This document shows positions 1 to 5,375 of a DNA stretch of 6,317 nucleotides, piece after piece (positions within the stretch are counted from its first letter, which is position 1; each line of letters begins with the position of its first letter). This stretch comes from Candidatus Iainarchaeum sp. (GTDB lineage: Archaea > Iainarchaeota > Iainarchaeia > Iainarchaeales > CSSED10-239): positions 1 to 6,317 of the forward strand of contig JBBISB010000001.1 of NCBI GenBank assembly GCA_037441475.1, in the 5' to 3' direction. Both the position numbers and the translations under genes were made by a program. Under the pieces are notes generated by a model that saw only the letters and a program-made list of their open reading frames with translations, did not search any database and was not told the origin of the DNA.

Positions 1-1
1 A

Positions 2-229
2 AGTGCATCTCAGCTGATGTCAATTTGGGAAGCTTGTCCTCTTCAAGAAAAATCAAATGCCTGTATGAATAGTAGCTTTCAAAATAAAATAACTGGTTGG
101 AGTGATATAGTTGAAGATTTTTATTGGATAAAGACCGAGGCTAGCTCGTCCGTTGCGTATTTATTCTTTATGGGCAATGGTTACATCGGCTACGGCGATA
201 ACTACTCCGTACGTTGTGTTCGCGATTAG
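2..229 (+). CDS. C-terminal fragment (5' end lies outside the window) of a protein ending in a DUF1566 / Lcl C-terminal-like module, or possibly a Fibrobacter-paralogous-domain-like module
   Basis: The frame of the track ORF 17..229 stays open back to position 2 (hand translation SASQLMSIWEACPLQ...), so the gene probably starts upstream of the window. The tail ...DFYWIKTEASSSVAYLFFMGNGYIGYGDNYSVRCVRD* matches, from memory, the pattern 'YWSST...A....F..G........VRCVR' that closes these domains. The stop is TAG at 227-229. The family call rests on motif recall only; no search was run. Confidence 0.5.
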   Translation, partial: SASQLMSIWEACPLQEKSNACMNSSFQNKITGWSDIVEDFYWIKTEASSSVAYLFFMGNGYIGYGDNYSVRCVRD

Positions 230-246
230 TAGTTTTTAATAAGAGC

Positions 247-281
247 TTTTTTTAAAAACATTATCATTTTTTCTTTTTTTT
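247..281 (+). terminator. Cluster of oligo-T tracts downstream of the 2..229 CDS (archaeal-style terminators)
   Basis: T7 at 247-253, T6 at 267-272 and T8 at 274-281 begin 18 nt after the stop. T7 is followed directly by A5, and T10 at 314-323 is followed by A5, so both also read as T-runs on the minus strand. This suits a convergent gene pair. Confidence 0.4.
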
Positions 282-382
282 AACCTATATTTTATATACA
301 AAAGATAAAATCGTTTTTTTTTTAAAAAGAAGATAACTATTTATATATTTACTTATAGCTTAAAATATAAAAAAGAAATAAT

Positions 383-415
383 AAAAAAAAAGGTAAAGAG
401 ATTTTACTCTCTTTA
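383..415 (-). terminator. Hairpin plus T9 tract immediately downstream of ftsZ
   Basis: On the plus strand, TAAAGAG (394-400) and CTCTTTA (409-415) form a 7-bp stem with an 8-nt loop. On the minus strand this hairpin starts 3 nt after the ftsZ stop and is followed by CC and then T9 (plus-strand A9 at 383-391). Confidence 0.45.
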
Positions 416-418
416 AAC

Positions 419-1531
419 TTATAACATATCTAAACCGTAGTTGTCATCGTAAGATCTTCCACCGTGGCTTGATCCTCCGTAACTTGGTGCTGAATCCCTT
501 CCTCTAAACATCTTACTTCCTTTGATGAATGGAGACTTTACACCTGTGAAAATAGCAATAACTTCTATTTTATTTTCAAATGTAGGATCTATTCTTGCAC
601 CCCAGATAACAGCTGCGTTAGGGTCTGTTTGATCTGTTAACATTTCACCAACAGCGTTTGCTTCACCAAGTGTTAATTCAGTTCCACCTGTTATGTGTAT
701 TAAACATCCTGTTGCACCAGTTATGTCAACATCTAAAAGAGCGTTCTTTAATGTGTCTTCAACAACTTCTTCAACTTTATTTACTGATTGTGATTCACCA
801 ACAGCGATAACTGATAATCCTTTACCACCCATTACTGTTCTGATGTCCGCATAATCAAGGTTGATTAATGAAGGTTGAGTAATTGTTTCTGTAATTCCTC
901 TTACTGTTCTTGCAATTACTTCATCAGCAACTCTGAAAGCATCTTGCATTGGAAGGTTTGGAACTAATTCAACAAGTCTATTGTTGTCAATAACAACAAC
1001 TGTGTCACAAATATCTTTTAAAAGATCAATTCCTTCTTCAGCTTTCATAAGTCTAGCTCTTTCAAGTGCGAAAGGGTAAGTTACAATACAGATAACGATT
1101 GCACCTTGTTGTTTAGCTATTTGAGCTACTACTGGAGCTGCACCTGTTCCTGTTCCACCACCCATACCAGCAGTGATGAAAAGCATGTCAACACCATCTA
1201 ATATTTCTTCTAAAGCTGCTTTAGAAACTTCAGCTGCTTTTGCACCTATTTCTGGGTATGCACCAGCACCTAAACCATTTGTTACTGACTTACCAATTAA
1301 TAATTTTGTTATATCATCTGAAATTATACCTAAGTGTTGTCTATCTGTGTTGATTGCTACTAATTGAGCACCAGCTACACCCATAGCACTTATTCTGTTT
1401 ACAGAGTTATTTCCTGCACCACCAATTCCCATAACCATGATCTTTGGAGCAGCAAATTCACTATCTTTGAAATTTACATTTTCTGCAGCTGAAGATTTAT
1501 GATCTACTGCATTTGTTACTATTGATCTCAT
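419..1531 (-). CDS. ftsZ: Cell division GTPase FtsZ (archaeal type), 370 aa from the ATG at 1531
   Basis: Three FtsZ motifs are present: the N-terminal nucleotide-binding motif [14 protein letters not shown], the tubulin/FtsZ signature [15 protein letters not shown], and a T7-loop-like [10 protein letters not shown]. The GxGGAGNN form and the MRSIVTNAV start resemble archaeal FtsZ. The track starts the ORF at GTG 1540 (MDWM...), but that GTG is part of the GAGGTG SD located 6 nt upstream of the ATG at 1531-1529, so I call the ATG. The stop is TAA (plus-strand TTA at 419-421). Confidence 0.93.
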   Translation of the reverse strand: MRSIVTNAVDHKSSAAENVNFKDSEFAAPKIMVMGIGGAGNNSVNRISAMGVAGAQLVAINTDRQHLGIISDDITKLLIGKSVTNGLGAGAYPEIGAKAAEVSKAALEEILDGVDMLFITAGMGGGTGTGAAPVVAQIAKQQGAIVICIVTYPFALERARLMKAEEGIDLLKDICDTVVVIDNNRLVELVPNLPMQDAFRVADEVIARTVRGITETITQPSLINLDYADIRTVMGGKGLSVIAVGESQSVNKVEEVVEDTLKNALLDVDITGATGCLIHITGGTELTLGEANAVGEMLTDQTDPNAAVIWGARIDPTFENKIEVIAIFTGVKSPFIKGSKMFRGRDSAPSYGGSSHGGRSYDDNYGLDML

Positions 1532-1537
1532 CCAATC

Positions 1538-1543
1538 CACCTC
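1538..1543 (-). promoter_or_regulatory. Shine-Dalgarno sequence of ftsZ
   Basis: The minus strand reads ...AATGATGAGGTGGATTGGATG. GAGGTG is complementary to the conserved 3' end of 16S rRNA (CCUCC core) and has a 6-nt spacer to the ATG. Confidence 0.6.
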
Positions 1544-1660
1544 ATCATTAAAATAAGCTTAAATTAAGCTTCTTTTTCTTAAACAAAGCATTAACACACT
1601 TTTTTGATGGAATTAGTGAATTAATACATTATTTTCATGTTATATATATTGTCCAAAGAG

Positions 1661-1674
1661 TTTTTAAATATATC
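1661..1674 (+). promoter_or_regulatory. TATA-box-like element upstream of the SRP RNA gene
   Basis: TTTTTAAATATATC is centred ~27-28 nt upstream of the proposed RNA 5' end (1696). This is the spacing expected for an archaeal TATA box. The region is AT-rich, so a chance match is possible. Confidence 0.4.
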
Positions 1675-1695
1675 GTCACTTTAATTACTTGTATA

Positions 1696-1956
1696 GGCTA
1701 ACTGGGGGGGTTGTAGTCTCCTGTTACCGGAAATCTACATATGCTGGAGTGATTACTATTGGAAGGGAAATAAGCAAGGAAGCACTCTTTGTAAAATTGC
1801 TGACGGTTCGTCCAGTGAGATCGATTATCTTAGTAAACCCTGCAAGGTCCGGAAGGAAGCAGCAGTATCCTAAGTATTTGATGCTTATTGGGTTGCGGAC
1901 TTGAGATTTTATGAAGCTAAATGTTTTCTTAAACTGTTTTTCGACCAGTAGGTGCC
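1696..1956 (+). ncRNA. Signal recognition particle RNA (7S / SRP RNA, archaeal-size form with a 5' Alu-like domain)
   Basis: This is a sharp GC-rich island in AT-rich DNA. It carries the universally conserved helix-8 core CTGC-AAGG-TCC-GGAA-GGA-AGCA-GCAG (1840-1865): a GGAA tetraloop, a symmetric loop and a closing CTGC/GCAG stem. An 8-bp helix-5 pairing joins AATAAGCA (1769-1776) to TGCTTATT (1882-1889). The termini pair as GGCTAACTGG (1696-1705) with CCAGTAGGTGCC (1945-1956). The 5' G-run plus TGTAGTC resembles the Alu-domain U-turn region. A T7 tract follows at 1970-1976. The ends are approximate, within about 10 nt. Confidence 0.8.
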
Positions 1957-1969
1957 TATGCATTTAAAC

Positions 1970-1976
1970 TTTTTTT
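1970..1976 (+). terminator. Oligo-T terminator after the SRP RNA
   Basis: A T7 tract lies 14 nt beyond the proposed 3' end of the RNA. Confidence 0.4.
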
Positions 1977-2010
1977 AATTTTTAAACTAATATTTAAATT
2001 TTTTCCTTAT

Positions 2011-2245
2011 TTTTAAGATATTAATACATAAAAATAGTTAACTTTTATGTTTTAATTGTTTTGGAGTGTATTTTAAGCTTATTTTCTATTTTTATCTGTA
2101 TTATGTTCTTAATTTCCCTACTTTAAGTTTACTTTTCAGTTCTTTTTAAGCTTTTTTTATGTCTTTAGTGTATTTACAGTATTTAAACAATTACTTTTAT
2201 ATTTCTTTTTTAAGGCTATTAATTTTTTTAATCTTCTTAAGTATG
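2011..2245. repeat. Degenerate repeated words in the T-skewed spacer (TTTTAAG / TTTTAAGCTT / AGTGTATTT)
   Basis: TTTTAAG occurs at 2011, 2071, 2144 and 2208, with CTTTAAG at 2121. The exact 10-mer TTTTAAGCTT occurs at 2071-2080 and 2144-2153. The exact 9-mer AGTGTATTT occurs at 2065-2073 and 2167-2175. GTATTTA is repeated at 2170-2176 and 2179-2185. Segments 2071-2105 and 2144-2180 align loosely: a shared 10-mer, then a T-rich stretch, then TGTATT(T)A. Confidence 0.3.
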
Positions 2246-2421
2246 GTCTTTTCTTATCTCCTAAAGGATGATTTATCTTAATTATTAAGGTTAAGTCTTT
2301 TAAATAAGGGTTACTATGTTTGTTGGACAAAGATTCTTCTCAGCCAACTACTTTAAAACAGTTTATAAACTTTTTCTCTCTTAATTATATTACTATTTTT
2401 ATATGATTTAAAAATCATTTA

Positions 2422-2431
2422 TTTACATATA
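2422..2431 (+). promoter_or_regulatory. TATA-like element for uvrA; the spacing implies a leaderless or near-leaderless mRNA
   Basis: TTTACATATA is centred ~24 nt upstream of the uvrA ATG (2451). There is no purine-rich SD in the 15 nt before the ATG (AAAAAGATTAATC). Confidence 0.3.
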
Positions 2432-2450
2432 CTTTACAAAAAGATTAATC

Positions 2451-5273
2451 ATGGCATTAAAAGACATAGTTATTAAGGGCGCAAGAGAGCACAATCTAAA
2501 AAACATAGATATCAATATACCAAAAGATAAATTAGTTGTAATTACTGGTCTTTCAGGTTCAGGAAAATCAACTTTAGCTTTTGATACAATCTATGCAGAA
2601 GGGCAAAGAAGGTATGTTGAATCACTTTCAGCATATGCAAGACAATTTCTAGGAATGATGAAAAAACCAGATGTTGACTCAATAGATGGTTTATCCCCAG
2701 CAATCTCAATTGAACAAAAAACAACTTCTAAAAACCCAAGATCAACTGTTGGAACTGTTACTGAAGTTTATGATTACTTAAGATTATTATATGCAAGAGT
2801 AGGAACTCCTTTCTGTCCTGATCATCCTTTACAAAAAATAGAAAATCAATCTCCTCAAAAGTTAACAGAAAACATTTTAGCTTCCTTTAAAGGAGAAGTA
2901 ATTATTTTATCTCCTATAATAAGACAAAAAAAAGGAACTTATGAAAGAACCTTTGAAGAGTTAAACAAAGAAGGATACACTAAAGTAAGAGTTAATGGAG
3001 AAATAAAAAGAACTGATCAAACCATAACCTTAGATAGATATAAAAAACATGATATTGAAATTGTAATTGATAAAGTTTCTTTAGAAGATAAAGAAAAATC
3101 AAGACTTACAGAAGCTGTTACAAATGCTTTAAAAAAATCACCTGATGGTTTAGTTAAAATATTTTCAGAAAAAGAAAATAGAGAACAAATTTATTCTTCA
3201 AAAATGTCATGTCCAATATGTGGTCTTTCCTTTGAAGAACTAGAACCAAGAATGTTTTCTTTCAATGCTCCTTTTGGTGCATGTGAAGAGTGTTCTGGTC
3301 TTGGTATAAAGATGATATTTGATGCTGACTTAATAATTCCAGACAAAAATTTATCTATAGCAGATGGTGCAATTGCAGTCTATAGAAATGCAGTTGATGG
3401 TTGGCGTGGGCAACATCTCTTAACCATAGCAAAAAGATATGGTTTTACTCCTCTAACACCAATTAAGGACTTAACAAAGAAACAATACAACATCTTAATG
3501 TATGGTTCTGAAAACCCAATTGACTTTAGTCTTTCTGGAAAGAACGGAACTTCAAACTTTTCATATACCGGTGTATGGGAAGGACTTATCCCACAAACAG
3601 AGAGGCTTTACCATCAAACAGAATCTGATTATAGAAAACAAGAGATGGAAAAATATATGAAGACTTTACCATGTACTAAATGTCATGGAAAAAGATTAAA
3701 AAGAAAAGTCTTAGCTGTAAAGGTATCAGGAAAATCAATTATTGATATTACAGACTTGTCTGTTAAAAATTCAATTGATTTTTTTAAAAATCTAAAATTA
3801 AATAAAAAGCAAGAAGAGATTGCAAAACATATATTAAAAGAAATAAACTCTCGTTTAGAGTTTTTAGAAAAAGTAGGTTTAGGGTATTTAACACTTTCAA
3901 GAAGTGCAGGAACTCTTTCAGGTGGAGAAGCACAAAGGATAAGGCTTGCAACAAATCTAGGAACTAACTTAAGTGGAGTGCTTTATATCTTGGACGAACC
4001 ATCCATTGGCCTTCACCAAAGAGATAATGATAAATTAATTGAAACTCTCTTTAAGTTAAGAGACTTAGGAAACACAGTCATTGTTGTTGAGCATGATGAA
4101 GAAACTATTTTAAAGGCAGACTATGTTATTGATATTGGTCCTGGTGCTGGTATTCATGGTGGTTCAATTGTTTCAAAAGGAACACCAAAAGACATCTTAA
4201 AAGATAAAAACTCATTAACAGGTAAATATCTTTCAAAACAACTTAGTATAGATATTAAAAAAGAAGTTAGAAAACCAAAAGAGTTTATTGAAATTATTGG
4301 TGCACAAGAGAATAATCTTAAAGATGTTTCAGTAAAAATACCAATAGGCCTTCTAACTTCTGTTACTGGTGTATCAGGTTCTGGAAAATCAACTTTAATT
4401 TATGATATTTTATATAAACAATTAATGAATGATATTTATAATTCAAAAGAAACACCTGGAAAGCATAAAGAGATTATCTATAAAGAAAAAATAGATAAAG
4501 TAATATCTATTGATCAATCCCCTATTGGAAGAACCCCTAGATCAAACCCTGCAACATACACTAAAGTGTTTGATGATATTAGACTGTTGTTTGCACAGAC
4601 CCAAGAGGCAAAGATAAGAGGTTATGATCAAGGAAGATTTTCTTTTAATGTTAAAGGTGGAAGATGTGAGGCATGTTCAGGAGATGGGCAAATAAAAATA
4701 GAAATGAACTTTTTACCTGACGTCTATGTTGATTGTGAAGAGTGTAAGGGTAAAAGATATAACCATGAAACCTTAGAGGTAAAGTATAAAAACAAATCAA
4801 TTGCAGATGTTTTAGACATGTCAGTTGAAGAAGCATATACTTTCTTTGAAAATATACCTTCTCTTAAAAGAAAATTAAAAACATTAATTGATGTTGGCTT
4901 AACATACATCAAGCTTGGTCAAAGCTCTGTTACTCTTTCAGGTGGAGAAGCTCAAAGAATAAAGATTACAAAAGAATTATCAAAAAGAGATACTGGTAAG
5001 ACACTTTATTTGTTAGATGAGCCTACCACTGGTCTTCACTTTCATGATGTTAAAAAACTTATTGAGGTCTTAGATAAGCTTGTTATTAAAGGAAACACTG
5101 TTTTAGTAATTGAACATAATTTAGATGTTATAAAAACCTCTGACTGGATAATAGACTTAGGGCCTGAGGGTGGGGATGAAGGAGGAGAGGTTATTTTTGA
5201 AGGTCCTGTAAAAGATCTTTTAAAGGAGAAGAGAAGCTATACTGGTATGTATCTTAAACCTATCTTTTCTTAA
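2451..5273 (+). CDS. uvrA: Excinuclease ABC subunit A (UvrA), 940 aa, complete
   Basis: The N-terminus is canonical: MALKDIVIKGAREHNLKNIDINIP..VVITGLSGSGKSTLAFDTIYAEGQRRYVESLSAYARQFLG. There are two Walker A motifs (GLSGSGKST, GVSGSGKST) and two ABC signatures (LSGGEAQRIRLA, LSGGEAQRIKIT). Walker B motifs are present (LYILDEPS and LYLLDEPT). Cys clusters are intact (CPICG...CEECSG; CTKCHGKR; CEACSGDG...CEECKGKRY). The length is typical of class I UvrA. Confidence 0.97.
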   Translation: MALKDIVIKGAREHNLKNIDINIPKDKLVVITGLSGSGKSTLAFDTIYAEGQRRYVESLSAYARQFLGMMKKPDVDSIDGLSPAISIEQKTTSKNPRSTVGTVTEVYDYLRLLYARVGTPFCPDHPLQKIENQSPQKLTENILASFKGEVIILSPIIRQKKGTYERTFEELNKEGYTKVRVNGEIKRTDQTITLDRYKKHDIEIVIDKVSLEDKEKSRLTEAVTNALKKSPDGLVKIFSEKENREQIYSSKMSCPICGLSFEELEPRMFSFNAPFGACEECSGLGIKMIFDADLIIPDKNLSIADGAIAVYRNAVDGWRGQHLLTIAKRYGFTPLTPIKDLTKKQYNILMYGSENPIDFSLSGKNGTSNFSYTGVWEGLIPQTERLYHQTESDYRKQEMEKYMKTLPCTKCHGKRLKRKVLAVKVSGKSIIDITDLSVKNSIDFFKNLKLNKKQEEIAKHILKEINSRLEFLEKVGLGYLTLSRSAGTLSGGEAQRIRLATNLGTNLSGVLYILDEPSIGLHQRDNDKLIETLFKLRDLGNTVIVVEHDEETILKADYVIDIGPGAGIHGGSIVSKGTPKDILKDKNSLTGKYLSKQLSIDIKKEVRKPKEFIEIIGAQENNLKDVSVKIPIGLLTSVTGVSGSGKSTLIYDILYKQLMNDIYNSKETPGKHKEIIYKEKIDKVISIDQSPIGRTPRSNPATYTKVFDDIRLLFAQTQEAKIRGYDQGRFSFNVKGGRCEACSGDGQIKIEMNFLPDVYVDCEECKGKRYNHETLEVKYKNKSIADVLDMSVEEAYTFFENIPSLKRKLKTLIDVGLTYIKLGQSSVTLSGGEAQRIKITKELSKRDTGKTLYLLDEPTTGLHFHDVKKLIEVLDKLVIKGNTVLVIEHNLDVIKTSDWIIDLGPEGGDEGGEVIFEGPVKDLLKEKRSYTGMYLKPIFS

Positions 5274-5283
5274 TTTTCTTTTT
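5274..5283 (+). terminator. Oligo-T tract directly after the uvrA stop
   Basis: TTTTCTTTTT begins at the first base after TAA (5271-5273). Confidence 0.35.
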
Positions 5284-5291
5284 AAAAAAAT

Positions 5292-5326
5292 AACCATTAA
5301 ATTTTGAAAGAGAAACATTAAATTTT
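5292..5326. repeat. Direct repeat AA(C/A)CATTAAATTTT x2 with a 21-bp period, upstream of the unknown ORF
   Basis: CATTAAATTTT is exact at 5295-5305 and 5316-5326. Extended to 14 nt (5292-5305 vs 5313-5326), 13/14 positions match. The start-to-start spacing is 21 bp, about two helical turns. A third partial copy, CATTAAAT, lies at 5402-5409 just inside the ORF. Confidence 0.5.
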
Positions 5327-5346
5327 TAAATACCTATTTCAATATA

Positions 5347-5355
5347 TTATATATA
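5347..5355 (+). promoter_or_regulatory. TATA-like element for the 5376 ORF; the spacing again implies a leaderless mRNA
   Basis: TTATATATA is centred ~25 nt upstream of ATG 5376. There is no SD in TTTGAATAAATT before the ATG. Confidence 0.3.
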
Positions 5356-5375
5356 ATATGTAATTTGAATAAATT

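Noticed and set aside
291-323. Perfect TTTATATA box (291-298) followed ~16 nt later by T10 (314-323) in the convergent spacer, as a possible tiny transcription unit
   Set aside because: A transcript starting at the usual distance from this TATA box would begin within or just past the T10 tract (314-323), leaving essentially no transcript before it. TATA-like strings are expected by chance in a spacer with almost no G or C. The T/A runs are better explained as bidirectional terminators for the two convergent genes.
1173-1367. Track ORF 1173..1367 (+, 64 aa), antisense to ftsZ
   Set aside because: It is fully nested antisense within a strongly supported, motif-rich ftsZ CDS. It has no start context or recognisable motif, so it is a typical shadow ORF.
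1542-1548. C-box-like ATGATGA on the minus strand just upstream of ftsZ (possible C/D box sRNA)
   Set aside because: No CTGA D box or C'/D' pair lies at an appropriate distance downstream on that strand. The sequence is contiguous with the ftsZ SD and is best read as 5' leader.
1551-1571. Tandem AAATAAGCTT / AAATTAAGCTT in the ftsZ leader, and other AAGCTT occurrences
   Set aside because: There are only two short copies. AAGCTT also appears scattered through coding regions (for example near positions 30, 4909, 5086 and 6268). I cannot separate this from chance in AT-rich sequence.
1689-1963. Track ORFs 1689..1904 (+, 71 aa) and 1724..1963 (-, 79 aa)
   Set aside because: Both lie entirely within the GC-rich SRP RNA gene, which carries the conserved helix-8 motif at 1840-1865. 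The open frames arise because GC-rich structured RNA has few stop codons. The peptides show no protein-like features.
2159-2281. Plus-strand 40-aa ORF MSLVYLQYLNNYFYISFLRLLIFLIFLSMVFSYLLKDDLS in the spacer, which looks like a small membrane peptide
   Set aside because: The region is ~60% T, and translating it in any frame gives F/L/I/S/Y-rich pseudo-transmembrane strings. There is no SD or TATA at a suitable distance. It overlaps the equally uncertain minus-strand open stretch, and nothing supports it beyond composition.
1977-2450. Replication origin hypothesis for the long AT-rich spacer
   Set aside because: I found no long ORB-like inverted repeats flanking an unwinding element. No cdc6/orc1 gene is adjacent. 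The repeats present are short, low-complexity words.
2542-4912. Track ORFs 2542..2724, 4651..4836 and 4724..4912 (all on the minus strand) inside uvrA
   Set aside because: All three are antisense shadow ORFs within the complete uvrA CDS. Their peptides are low-complexity and L/F/H-rich, and they have no independent signals.
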